Shown here: positions 38,669-48,146 of the stretch, piece by piece
Layout of the letters: the number at the start of each line of letters is the position of its first letter
How positions within the stretch are numbered: position 1 is the stretch's first letter
Source of the DNA: Gemmatimonadota bacterium
GTDB lineage: Bacteria > Gemmatimonadota > Gemmatimonadetes > Gemmatimonadales > GWC2-71-9
Direction: 5' to 3'
NCBI GenBank assembly: GCA_003220935.1
Contig: QHTT01000087.1
Span: 12,869-76,868, forward strand
DNA: 64,000 bases
The notes under the pieces: model-generated
Databases searched by the model: none
The model's input: the letters and a program-made list of their open reading frames with translations, nothing else
What the model was told of the DNA's origin: nothing
Position numbers and translations under genes: made by a program

Positions 38669-40477
38669 TCAAAACCCCACCGCGCCGCCGCCGCGCCGCG
38701 GATCGGCCACCCCGATCCAGCCGGCGGCGGTTCGTTCGATGGCCGCAATGTCCCCCATCCGACCCCGTTCGCGCAGTTGGTAGCCCATAGTGCGCAGACC
38801 GTCGAGCGTGGCCTGGGCCAGGCCACCCCGCTCGTAGAAGACCAGATCCGGTAGCGCCTGCTGGTGGACGCGGGGCGCTGCCACCGCCTCCACGAGCGAC
38901 ATGCCGTGGTCCACCACGTTGACGATCACCTGGTACACGCTGTTGATGATGGTCGGGCCGCCCGGCGTCCCCAGCACCATGAAGAGCCGGCCGCTCCGGT
39001 CGAGCACGATCGACGGCGTCATCGCCGACAGCATGCGCTTCCCCGGCGCGATGGCATTGGCGTCGCCCTGGATCAGCCCGTACATGTTCGGTTTCCCGGG
39101 CGCGGTGGTGAAATCGTCCATCTCGTTGTTCAGGAGGAACCCGGCACCCGTTACCGTGACCGCGCTGCCGAAGCCCCCGTTCAACGTCGTCGTGACCGCG
39201 GCGGCGTTGCCATCGGCGTCGACGATCGAGTAATGCGTCGTCTCGGTGCCTTCGTTCCCCGATGTGGTGACCGGCGGCGTCGGCGTCGCGTGGTCCGGCA
39301 GGATCTGGGCGCGCAGCTCTGCGGCGTACGACTTCGAGAGCAGCCGCTCCAGGGGCATCTCGACGAAGTCCGGGTCGCCGAGCCAGTGGTTGCGGTCCAT
39401 GAAGGCGCGCCGCATCGCCTCGGCCTCGAGGTGGACGTAGCCCGCGCTGCCGAACGGCGGCAGCGTATCGTAGCCCTCCATGATGTTCAAGATCTCGCCC
39501 AGCGTGACGCCGCCCGAGCTCGCGGGCGGCATCGAGTAGATCGTGTACCCGCGGTAGCTGATCTGGACCGGTGTGCGCCACTTCGGCGTGTAGCCCTTGA
39601 GGTCGTCCTTGGAGATGAGCCCGTGGCCGCGCTGCATCTCGGCGACGATCAAGTCCGCGATCTGGCCGGTGTAGAATACGGCTGGTCCGGAGTCCGCGAT
39701 GAGCTGCAGCGTGTGCGCGAGCTCGGGTTGGTGAAACGTCGTGCCGGGCGCGGGCGCATGGCCCTCCACGAGGAACTGCGTCGCGGATGCCGGGAATCGC
39801 GCCAATCGCTCCGCATCTTCCGCGATCGCGCGGCTGCGCGCCACGTCGAGGGTGTGCTCGTGGGCGAGGCGAATCGCTGGGGCGAGCAGCTTCGCCCAGG
39901 GCAGGCGTCCGGCGCTCTTCCAGGCTTCGTACATCCCGGCCACGCTGCCGGGGACGCCCGACGCGAGGTGACCGGTCAGGCTCTGTTCGGTGGGGCTCCC
40001 GGTCGAGTCGACATACATGTCGCGGGTGGCCCGGCCGGGCGCCATTTCTCGGTAATCCAGCGCGCGCACGCGACCGCTGGTGTCGCGGTACACGATGAAC
40101 CCGCCGCCGCCGAGGTTGCCCGCCTCGGGGAGCACGACCGCGAGCGCGAACCCGACCGCCACCGCGGCGTCGACGGCGTTGCCGCCCTGTTGGATGATCT
40201 CGATTCCGACTTGGCTCGCGAGCGGATGGCCCGACACGATCATGGCCTGGGGGCCAGGTACTGCGACGCCCTTGCCGGCGAGTGACCACGTCTCGGGGAT
40301 GATCGGCCGGCCGGTGACGATCGCGTCGGCGCGCGCGCCCGGAGCCGTGGGGTGGGCGGCCGGCGCGGCGGCCACGGCAGGCGGCGGCGCGGGGGTCGTC
40401 TCGGGCGGTCGAGCGCCGCCACCGCAGGCGGCGAGCACGGCGAGGGCAATGGGGGTTGCGAGTGGGATCTGGCGCAT
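38669..40477 (-). CDS. ggt: Gamma-glutamyltransferase (lipoprotein)
   Basis: GGNAVDAAVA, GNLGGGGF, catalytic Thr in ETTHYS, LNNEMDDF, KRMLSAMTP; lipobox LAAC. Confidence 0.95.
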   Translation of the reverse strand: MRQIPLATPIALAVLAACGGGARPPETTPAPPPAVAAAPAAHPTAPGARADAIVTGRPIIPETWSLAGKGVAVPGPQAMIVSGHPLASQVGIEIIQQGGNAVDAAVAVGFALAVVLPEAGNLGGGGFIVYRDTSGRVRALDYREMAPGRATRDMYVDSTGSPTEQSLTGHLASGVPGSVAGMYEAWKSAGRLPWAKLLAPAIRLAHEHTLDVARSRAIAEDAERLARFPASATQFLVEGHAPAPGTTFHQPELAHTLQLIADSGPAVFYTGQIADLIVAEMQRGHGLISKDDLKGYTPKWRTPVQISYRGYTIYSMPPASSGGVTLGEILNIMEGYDTLPPFGSAGYVHLEAEAMRRAFMDRNHWLGDPDFVEMPLERLLSKSYAAELRAQILPDHATPTPPVTTSGNEGTETTHYSIVDADGNAAAVTTTLNGGFGSAVTVTGAGFLLNNEMDDFTTAPGKPNMYGLIQGDANAIAPGKRMLSAMTPSIVLDRSGRLFMVLGTPGGPTIINSVYQVIVNVVDHGMSLVEAVAAPRVHQQALPDLVFYERGGLAQATLDGLRTMGYQLRERGRMGDIAAIERTAAGWIGVADPRRGGGAVGF

Positions 40478-40490
40478 GCTGAATTGTGCA

Positions 40491-40520
40491 CGTTGACCCG
40501 AGTTTGGGTCAACGCCTAAC
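40491..40520 (-). repeat. Palindrome (REP-like or operator) between divergent ggt and murQ
   Basis: CGTTGACCC-6 nt-GGGTCAACG, preceded on the minus strand by GTTAGG. Confidence 0.45.
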
Positions 40521-40542
40521 TTGGGGGCCACCTGACACACTC

Positions 40543-41472
40543 ATGACCGCCCCGGACTTCCTCGACCCGCGTCTCACCGAGCAGCGGAACTCCCGCACCG
40601 CGCGCATCGACGTCGCCGCCACCCTGGAGATCGTCGACCTGATCAACACCGAGGACGCCACGGTTGCGGCGGCGGTGCGCGCCGTGCGGGCCGAGATCGC
40701 GCGGGCGATCGACCTCGTGGTCGAGGCCTTCAAGCAGGGTGGGCGGTTGGTTTACGTGGGGGCGGGCACATCCGGCCGGCTCGGCGTGCTCGACGCGAGC
40801 GAGTGCCCGCCGACCTTCGGCACGCCGCCCGAGATGGTCGTGGGCATCATCGCGGGGGGGCTGCAGGCGCTCGTCAAGGGCTTGGAAGGCGCCGAAGATG
40901 ACGTGAACGCGGGAGCCCGCGCCATGGACGACGCGGCCGTCATGCCCAAGGACTTCGTTCTCGGGATCGCGGCGAGCGGCACCACGCCGTTCGTGCGGGC
41001 GGCGCTCGGCCGCGCGCAAACGCTCGCTGCGGTGACGGGCCTGCTCTCGTGCTCCGATCCGCCGCAGATCCTGGCCGAAACCTGCGACGTGTTGATCCTC
41101 CCCAAGGTCGGCCCCGAGGCGCTCACGGGGTCAACCCGCATGAAGGCGGGGACCGCGACCAAGCTCGTGCTCAACACCATTTCGACCGCCGCGATGATCC
41201 GGCAGGGGCGCGCGTACGGCAACCTGATGGTGGACTTGATGGCCTGGAGCGACAAGCTGCGGGACCGCGGGGAGCGCATTGTCATGGAATGCGCCGGCGT
41301 CGATCGCTCAGCGGCGCGCCGCGCGATCGAAGCCGCCGGGGGCAGCGTCAAGCTCGCCATCGTGATGACGAAACGGCGTCTGGGCAAGGCCGAGGCCGCA
41401 CGGCTGCTCGAGCAGGCGGGTGGGTTCGTGCGCGGGGCGGCCGGCGACCCGCCGCCCGTTCGCCCGCTGTGA
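40543..41472 (+). CDS. murQ: N-acetylmuramic acid 6-phosphate etherase
   Basis: TEQRN, GAGTSGRLGVLDASECPPTFG, GSTRMKAGTATKL, GNLMVD. Confidence 0.96.
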   Translation: MTAPDFLDPRLTEQRNSRTARIDVAATLEIVDLINTEDATVAAAVRAVRAEIARAIDLVVEAFKQGGRLVYVGAGTSGRLGVLDASECPPTFGTPPEMVVGIIAGGLQALVKGLEGAEDDVNAGARAMDDAAVMPKDFVLGIAASGTTPFVRAALGRAQTLAAVTGLLSCSDPPQILAETCDVLILPKVGPEALTGSTRMKAGTATKLVLNTISTAAMIRQGRAYGNLMVDLMAWSDKLRDRGERIVMECAGVDRSAARRAIEAAGGSVKLAIVMTKRRLGKAEAARLLEQAGGFVRGAAGDPPPVRPL

Positions 41473-42596
41473 CCAGCTGCCTCGCCGTCGGGGTGATGTC
41501 GGGCACGTCGCTCGACGGCGTCTCCACGGCGCTGGTCCGGCTCAGCGACGATCCCCTCGAGGCCCAGCTGGTCGCCTTCCGCCAGGAGCCCTACGCCGCG
41601 CCGGAGCGCGGGCAGATCGTCGACGCCATCGCGCGCGGCGGCTCGAAGGATCTCGCGCTGCTCCACGTCGCACTGGGCGAGCGCTTCGCCGGCGCGATCC
41701 TCCAGCTCCTCGCCGAGACCAAGACCACGCCCAAGGACCTGGCGTTCGTCGCCTCGCATGGGCAGACGATCTGGCACGAGCCCGGCCGCGCCACCCTGCA
41801 GCTCGGAGATCCGGCGGTGATCGCCGAGCGCGTGGGTGTACGGGTGGTGAGCGACTTTCGCTCGCGCGACGTGGCCGCGGGCGGGCAGGGTGCGCCGCTC
41901 GTGCCGCTCGCGGACGTCATGCTGTTCGGGCATCCCGAGCGCGGCCGGCTGCTGCTCAACATCGGCGGGATCGCGAACGTCACCTGGGTGCCGCGCCGCG
42001 GCATTGCCGCAGGGGCCCTCGCGTTCGACACCGGGCCAGGAGTGGCGGTGATCGACGCCGTGACCCGCCGCCTCGATCCCGACGCCCCGTTCGACCGGGA
42101 CGGGGCGCGCGCACGCCGCGGCAAGCCCCGCAGCAAGGTGCTGGACGCGTTGCTCGCCGATGCCTACTTCTCTCAGCCGCCGCCCAAGAGCACCGGGCGC
42201 GAGCACTTCGGGATCGAGTTCGCCGCCCGGCTGATCGGTCTCGTGCAGCAGGCGGGCGGCTCCGACAACGACGCCGTGGCCACCGCCACGGCGCTCACCG
42301 CCGAAACGATCGCCCGGGCGCTCGAGCGGTGGACGCCTCTCCCCAACGGTCCGGAGATCGAGCTCGTGATTTCGGGCGGCGGCGCCCGTAACCCCGTCCT
42401 CGTCGAGCTGCTCGCCGCCCGCGTCCGCCCCCGGCCGGTGCTGCCGTTCGATCGGCTCTTCTTCGACGGTGAGGCGAAGGAGGCCCTGGCGTTCGCCTTG
42501 CTCGGGTTCCTGACAATCTGCGGGAAGCCGGGCAACCTCCCGGCCGCCACTGGAGCCCGCGGCCCACGCGTGCTGGGCCACATCACCCCCGCGTGA
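41469..42596 (+). CDS. anmK: Anhydro-N-acetylmuramic acid kinase
   Basis: GVMSGTSLDG, HGQT, GGQGAPL, NIGGIAN, FDTGPG, PPKSTGRE, KEALAFA. Confidence 0.96.
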   Translation: MTSCLAVGVMSGTSLDGVSTALVRLSDDPLEAQLVAFRQEPYAAPERGQIVDAIARGGSKDLALLHVALGERFAGAILQLLAETKTTPKDLAFVASHGQTIWHEPGRATLQLGDPAVIAERVGVRVVSDFRSRDVAAGGQGAPLVPLADVMLFGHPERGRLLLNIGGIANVTWVPRRGIAAGALAFDTGPGVAVIDAVTRRLDPDAPFDRDGARARRGKPRSKVLDALLADAYFSQPPPKSTGREHFGIEFAARLIGLVQQAGGSDNDAVATATALTAETIARALERWTPLPNGPEIELVISGGGARNPVLVELLAARVRPRPVLPFDRLFFDGEAKEALAFALLGFLTICGKPGNLPAATGARGPRVLGHITPA

Positions 42597-44026
42597 GCGG
42601 CTCGCTCGCGCGCCTCGTATTCCCCGCGCTCCGCTGGCGGAGTCACAGCTTTGACCACGAGCAAGCCAAGATCGACGCCGCTCTCGCGGCCGGGGTCGGC
42701 GGCTTCATCATCTTCGGCGGGACCCGCGAGACCGTCACGGCGCTCACGGGCGAGCTGCGGCGCCAGGCGGGGCGGCCGCTGTTGCTCGGCGCCGATCTCG
42801 AGCGGGGGGGCGCCCAGCAGGTGCAGGGGCTTACCGAGCTGCCGCCACCCGCCGCGCTCGGCTACCTGGCTGACCTCGACGCGACGCGCAGCTGCGGCGT
42901 GATCACCGGGTCTGAGGCGCGGTCGATCGGCATCAACTGGGCGTTCGCGCCCGTGTGCGACCTGGATTTGGAGCCCAAGAACCCGATCGTGCAGACCCGC
43001 GCGTTCGGTGCGGATCCGATGCGCGTCGGCGAACACGCGGCTGTCTGGATCCGCGGGCTGCAAGAGCACGGTGTGTTGGGCTGCGCAAAGCACTACCCGG
43101 GCCACGGCCGCACTACGCAGGATTCGCACGAGACGCTACCACTGGTCACGACGCCCGGGGCCGAGCTGCAGCAGGTCGACGTCACGCCCTTCGAGTATGC
43201 GATCCGGGCAGGCGTGGGGAGCGTGATGAGCGCGTTCGTCGCGTTCCCTGCGTGGGACGCGTCAGGTCGGGCGGCGAGCTTCTCGTCCGCGATTCTCGGC
43301 TATCTCCGCGACCCGCTCAACTTCGCCGGGCTGGTCGTTACGGATGCGCTGATCATGGCCGGCGCCAGTGCGACGCAGCCGGTCCCCGCTGCCACAGTCA
43401 CGGCGGTCGCGGCCGGGTGTGACGCGCTGCTGTACGTGGAGGACGTTCGTAACGTGATCGCGGCGCTGGACCGAGCGATCGGGTCCGACATCCCCACGGC
43501 CCGGGCGGACGAGGCGCTGGCGCGCTACGAAGCCGCCGTCGCGACGTGGGACGCGGGCGCCGACCAGGGGCTGCCCGATGTCGCGGCGCATGGCGCGTTC
43601 GCCGACGGGCTCGCGGACCGCGCGAGCCACGTGCTGCGCGGGGACGTGTCCCGCATCCGCACGCCCGTCACCGTGTCGATCGTGGACGACGACGTGGGCG
43701 GTCCCTACGCCGTCGGACCGCGAGAGGTGTTCACGCAGACGCTGCGTGACGCGGGCGTGCCCGTCGGGCAACGTGCGACGGGCAACGCGCAACGCCTCAT
43801 CCTGGTGTACGCCGAGCCACGATCGTGGAAGGGGCGAGCAGATCTCGGCCAGCGCTCGCTGGCCCAACTGCGACGCCTCGCGCCAGGGGCGCAGCTCGTG
43901 GTTCTGTTCGGGCATCCGCGGCTCGCGCGCCAGATCCCCGGCGGGGCGCCCATCGTATGCTGCTGGCACGGGCAGCCGCTTATGCAACGAGCCGCGGCGC
44001 GGCGAGTCATGAGCTGGCTACAGTAG
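42593..44026 (+). CDS. nagZ: GH3 beta-N-acetylhexosaminidase (NagZ-like)
   Basis: D.ERG, APVCD, KHYPGHG...DSH, TDAL.M; coupled to murQ-anmK. Confidence 0.85.
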   Translation: MSGSLARLVFPALRWRSHSFDHEQAKIDAALAAGVGGFIIFGGTRETVTALTGELRRQAGRPLLLGADLERGGAQQVQGLTELPPPAALGYLADLDATRSCGVITGSEARSIGINWAFAPVCDLDLEPKNPIVQTRAFGADPMRVGEHAAVWIRGLQEHGVLGCAKHYPGHGRTTQDSHETLPLVTTPGAELQQVDVTPFEYAIRAGVGSVMSAFVAFPAWDASGRAASFSSAILGYLRDPLNFAGLVVTDALIMAGASATQPVPAATVTAVAAGCDALLYVEDVRNVIAALDRAIGSDIPTARADEALARYEAAVATWDAGADQGLPDVAAHGAFADGLADRASHVLRGDVSRIRTPVTVSIVDDDVGGPYAVGPREVFTQTLRDAGVPVGQRATGNAQRLILVYAEPRSWKGRADLGQRSLAQLRRLAPGAQLVVLFGHPRLARQIPGGAPIVCCWHGQPLMQRAAARRVMSWLQ

Positions 44027-44029
44027 GAA

Positions 44030-44145
44030 AGCGTCTCGCGGAGACGTCGCGCAGTAGCGTCGCGCAGAGGCGTCAAGCAACGGCGTCACGGTTCTGCGCG
44101 ACGCCTTCGCGGGACGTTTTCGCGTGACGTCTGTGCTTGACCCCC
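44030..44145. repeat. Imperfect long hairpin of 12-13 nt tandem units between convergent genes
   Basis: Units like GCGTCGCGCAG repeated about five times, then about four inverted copies (CTGCGCGACGC). Confidence 0.65.
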
Positions 44146-44146
44146 T

Positions 44147-45544
44147 CTATCTTGCGGTGACCTGGCTCAAGTAAGCTATGACCGCGGTCGCAGGAACCCC
44201 ATAAATGATCTTTCCCTGTGATTCGCGATTCCCGCCATACAGCACCGCGACGACGCGGCCCTCACGATCGAAGATCGGGCTCCCCGACGAGCCCGGCGCA
44301 CCGTAGCCGTCCACCTGCACGACGTTCGGCAGCACCTTGCTCACCGTGCCCACGGTGAGCGTGGGGTCCGCCACCACAGCACTCGGGCCTTGCCGTTCCA
44401 TCGGCAGGTCCTCCCCAAGCGGATACCCCATGATCGCAACGGGGTCGCCGCGCTGCAGGCTGCTCGCCTCGCGGGCGAACCCGAGCACGCGCGGCGTGCC
44501 GCCCCGCACGTCGACCTGCAGCACCCCGACGTCCGCCGTATCGGCGACGCCGATGACCCGCCCCGGGAACCACTGCTTCGAGCCCGAGAACTTGACGGCG
44601 ATCGCCAGCGGCCGGCGGTCGCCCGCTTCGCCCACGAGCACGTGCTTGTTGGTGACCAGCGTGCCTTGCGAGTCCACGGCGAACGCGGTCCCGGTGAACA
44701 CCTCGACGTCGGAGTACTTGACGACGAGCAGCGCGACCGCGTCCTGGTTGTTCCGCGAGATGGCGCGGTAATCGACCGCCGCAGCGCCCGCGATCCCGCG
44801 CTGGCGCGCGGCAGCCGTGTCGAGCTGAGCACGCAGCCGCGCGACCGAGTGCACGTCGCCGCCGGAGCTCGCCGCGGCGAGCTCGCCCCGCAACCGCGCC
44901 ACCTCGGCGTGCGACTCGCGCAGCGCGTCCTTGACGCTCTGCAGCTCGGACTGGAAGCGCGAGAGCAGGCGCTGCGCTTCTTGGTTGAGACTGTCGGCCC
45001 GGGCCTGGAGCCCGGCGAGCTCGCGGGCGTCGCGCAGGGCGGTCCACTGACTCCACCCGAACCCCGTCACCGCCAGCGCCAGCAGGCCGATCAGCACCTT
45101 GGTCGTGCGCCGCAGGCGCGCGACCTCCGCCACGATGCGCACGGCAGCGCTCGACCGGCGCCCGGCCCCTGCGGGCGAGACGCCGGCGGAGACCGCGTGG
45201 GCGTCTGTCCCTCCCCCACCCACGCCGGCGGCCACCGCGAGCACCCTGAACTCCACCGCCGGCCCCTGTGGCCCGAAGCCGATCACGTCGCCGTCGTGCA
45301 GGATCACCTCGTCCACGACGCGCGCCCCGTTGACGAAGGTCCCGTTCTTCGAGCCCAGGTCGCGCACGCGGAACGTCGTGTCATGACGCACGATGGCAGC
45401 GTGGCGCGAGGAGACGTCGAGGTCGCGCTCGGCGTCGAAGCGAACGTCCGACAGCGGGTGCCGGCCGAGCCCGATGTAGGCCTTGCGGAAGGTCTCGACC
45501 TGCCCGGCGCGCGCGCCCGAGAGGAACGTGAACTGAGCGGTCAC
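44147..45544 (-). CDS. FHA domain - TM - coiled coil - trypsin-like serine protease
   Basis: FHA (GR, VSSRHA, SKNGTFVNG), TM VLIGLLALAVTGFG, heptad region, triad TNKH / DVGVL / GSSGSP; GTGA overlap. Confidence 0.88.
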   Translation of the reverse strand: MTAQFTFLSGARAGQVETFRKAYIGLGRHPLSDVRFDAERDLDVSSRHAAIVRHDTTFRVRDLGSKNGTFVNGARVVDEVILHDGDVIGFGPQGPAVEFRVLAVAAGVGGGGTDAHAVSAGVSPAGAGRRSSAAVRIVAEVARLRRTTKVLIGLLALAVTGFGWSQWTALRDARELAGLQARADSLNQEAQRLLSRFQSELQSVKDALRESHAEVARLRGELAAASSGGDVHSVARLRAQLDTAAARQRGIAGAAAVDYRAISRNNQDAVALLVVKYSDVEVFTGTAFAVDSQGTLVTNKHVLVGEAGDRRPLAIAVKFSGSKQWFPGRVIGVADTADVGVLQVDVRGGTPRVLGFAREASSLQRGDPVAIMGYPLGEDLPMERQGPSAVVADPTLTVGTVSKVLPNVVQVDGYGAPGSSGSPIFDREGRVVAVLYGGNRESQGKIIYGVPATAVIAYLSQVTAR

Positions 45545-46572
45545 TGGCTCCGCGTGGCGAGATACAGGGCGACGGCCACCGCAGCCGCCGCGAGCACGGC
45601 CGCCGCGACGACGCGCCAGCGATTCTCGCGCGCGGGCAGCGGCGGCCGGCTGCCCCGGTAGACGGGCACGGGCTCGGTGCTCACCTCGGTGTCGATCAGC
45701 GGGTAAACCTGGTGGCCCACCTCCTCGCCGGCCGCCGCCGAGCGCAGTCCGTCGCCGTCGAACCGCGCGAGCACCACCGTGACGTTGTCCGGCCCGCCCC
45801 GCTCGTTGGCGAGCGCGATCAGCCGGTCGCACGCCTCCTGGAGATCCCGTTCCCGGGTCACGATCTCCGCGATCTCCTCTTTCTTGACCTGGCCCGAGAG
45901 ACCGTCCGAGCAGAGCACCAGCACGTCGCCCTTGCGGACTTCCTGATACGTGAGGTCCACCTTCACCTTGGGATCCGGGCCGAGCGCCTGGAGGATGATG
46001 TTGCGTCGCTCGCTGCGCGCGGCCTCTTCTTCGGTGAGCTCACCCGCTTCCACGAGGCGCTGCATCAGCGACTGGTCCCGCGTGAGTTGCACGGCCTGTC
46101 CATCGCGGATCAGGTAGGCCCGGCTGTCGCCCACCTGCGTGAGGTAGACGTGGTCGTTCAGGATGCCGACGGCCGTGGTGGTGGTGCCCATCCCGCGGAC
46201 TTCGGGGTGCGCCTTGGCGTACGAGTGGATGTGGCTGTTGGCCACCTCGACCGCCTCCTTCAGCCGGTAGGCGAACCGCTGCGGCGTGACGTCCTTCTCG
46301 TTTCCCCACATCCGGATCATCTGTTCGTAGATGGTTTCGGTGGCCATTTCGCTGGCGAGCTCGCCCGCAGCGGCGCCGCCCATCCCGTCGGCGACGATGA
46401 ACAGCGAGCCGCGCTCGCCCACCTCGTGCTCCCGCACTGCCGGCTGGAGCGACGCCTCCCCGCGCGTGAGATCCGCGACGAGGAACCGGTCCTCGTTGTG
46501 GTCGCGCGTCTTCCCCAGGTCGGTCTTGGCGAAGACCTCGATCTTGACGGGCTTGGGAGAGCGTCCGAACAC
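45541..46572 (-). CDS. PP2C-family (Stp1-like) Ser/Thr phosphatase with C-terminal membrane anchor
   Basis: R.HNED, VADGMGG, GDSRAY, CSDGL, GGPDNVT; hydrophobic C-terminus; start uncertain. Confidence 0.92.
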   Translation of the reverse strand: MFGRSPKPVKIEVFAKTDLGKTRDHNEDRFLVADLTRGEASLQPAVREHEVGERGSLFIVADGMGGAAAGELASEMATETIYEQMIRMWGNEKDVTPQRFAYRLKEAVEVANSHIHSYAKAHPEVRGMGTTTTAVGILNDHVYLTQVGDSRAYLIRDGQAVQLTRDQSLMQRLVEAGELTEEEAARSERRNIILQALGPDPKVKVDLTYQEVRKGDVLVLCSDGLSGQVKKEEIAEIVTRERDLQEACDRLIALANERGGPDNVTVVLARFDGDGLRSAAAGEEVGHQVYPLIDTEVSTEPVPVYRGSRPPLPARENRWRVVAAAVLAAAAVAVALYLATRSQ

Positions 46573-46574
46573 GG

Positions 46575-48146
46575 TCAGCCTTGGCACTGGGCAAGGACGT
46601 CGCGATACGACCGCGTTGCCGGATCGAGCAGCGCCGCGGTCTTCACCCAATCGCATCCCTTCTCGCGCTCATTCGCCTGGAAGTACGCATTGCCGATGAC
46701 GAACGCGGCGAGCGCCTTGTCCACGAGAGTGACGTCGGGCGCGGTGTAGATGTGTCGCGCGGAGTCCAAGACCATGGCGGCGGTCCGAGGCTCCAGCTTG
46801 AACAAGAGGTCGTCGAGCAGCTCGTGTGCCCGGGCGAGCTCGATCCTAGGCTTTCGACGGATCACCGCCGGGATCCTGGCCGGGGTGCGTCGCGCGGGCT
46901 GCACCGGCGCGCGCGGCACCGCCGTGTCTGGAGGAGGGGCCGCCGGGACATGCGGCACGGTGTCAAGCAAGGCGCCGCCGCCTCGCTGGCCGCCGCCGAA
47001 CACCAGCATCGCGGCCCCCGCCCCAGCCAGGACTACGACCGCGCCCACGATGACGGGTACGAGGGAGCGCTGCTTCGGCAGGGCCGCCGCTACCGGCGGG
47101 GGTCCCTGGAGCGCCGCCGCGGACAGGGAGACGAGGAGTTTGGTGCGTTCCTCGGCGTCCCCCCGAGTCACCGGGAGCGGGATCCCGGAGCTGCCACGGG
47201 TCAGCCCGGTCACGCCCGCCACGTCGGACGCGAACTTGGCGGCCGACCGATACCGATCCACCGGGCTGCGGGTGAGCGCCGCATCGAGCGTCGCCTGCAG
47301 GCCGGGCGGGAAGCGCCGGTCGGGTCGCGCGGCGGCGAGTTTGAGCGGCTCGTCGGTGAGCCGCTGGACCATCGTCTCCTGCACGGTGCTCGCCGCGAAG
47401 GGCAATTTCCCCGTCATCATCTTGAACAGCACGAGAGCGAGCGAGTAGATGTCGCTGCGGGGGTCCAGCGTGTCGCCTGACAGTTGCTCGGGGCTCATGA
47501 ACTCGGGCGTGCCGATGACCAGCCCGGTCTTCGTCACCTTCTGGGTGTCGTCGCCCGTCACGGCCTTCGCGATTCCGAAATCGACGACCTTCACCACGTC
47601 CGAGCCGTCCCGGCCCCGGGCGAGCATGATGTTGTCGGGCTTCAGGTCGCGATGCACGATGCCGATGTCGTGCGCGGCCTGCAGCGCGTCCGCCACCTGG
47701 ACGAAGATGTTCACCGCCCGGGCCACTGGGAGGGCGCCCTCCCGCTCGAGCACGTTGGTGAGCGGCTCTCCCTCGACGAATTCCATCGCGAGGTAGATCA
47801 GGCCCTCGGCCGTCTCGCCGAAGTCGTAGATAGCACAGACGCTCGGGTGGCTGATGCGGCTCGCGTTGGCTGCTTCGCGATTGAAGCGCGCCACGGCGTC
47901 GGGGTCGTAGACCATGGTGGGGTTCAGTACCTTGATGGCGCTCTTCCGCCCCATCTTCACATGCTCGGCAAGATACACCTGCCCCATGCCCCCCTCGCCG
48001 AGCTTCTTGAGGACGTGGTAGCGGTCGGCCACGACCTGCCCGACGAGATCCTGCCCTGGCGACGACGACCGCAGTGTCTGCCCGTCGTTCGGACAGAACC
48101 GCACGTCGTCGGGGTATTCGGTCGAGCAGACGGGACAGGTCTTCAC
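46575..48146 (-). CDS. Hanks-type Ser/Thr kinase with N-terminal Zn-ribbon, TM and extracytoplasmic helical domain
   Basis: CPVC..FCPND, GEGGMGQVY, AIK, HRDLKPDN, DFG, GTPEFMSPEQ, TM segment. Confidence 0.94.
   Translation of the reverse strand: MKTCPVCSTEYPDDVRFCPNDGQTLRSSSPGQDLVGQVVADRYHVLKKLGEGGMGQVYLAEHVKMGRKSAIKVLNPTMVYDPDAVARFNREAANASRISHPSVCAIYDFGETAEGLIYLAMEFVEGEPLTNVLEREGALPVARAVNIFVQVADALQAAHDIGIVHRDLKPDNIMLARGRDGSDVVKVVDFGIAKAVTGDDTQKVTKTGLVIGTPEFMSPEQLSGDTLDPRSDIYSLALVLFKMMTGKLPFAASTVQETMVQRLTDEPLKLAAARPDRRFPPGLQATLDAALTRSPVDRYRSAAKFASDVAGVTGLTRGSSGIPLPVTRGDAEERTKLLVSLSAAALQGPPPVAAALPKQRSLVPVIVGAVVVLAGAGAAMLVFGGGQRGGGALLDTVPHVPAAPPPDTAVPRAPVQPARRTPARIPAVIRRKPRIELARAHELLDDLLFKLEPRTAAMVLDSARHIYTAPDVTLVDKALAAFVIGNAYFQANEREKGCDWVKTAALLDPATRSYRDVLAQCQG

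Noticed and set aside
44030..44145. Possible CRISPR array
   Set aside because: Units are 12-13 nt, degenerate, without spacers, and no cas genes are present
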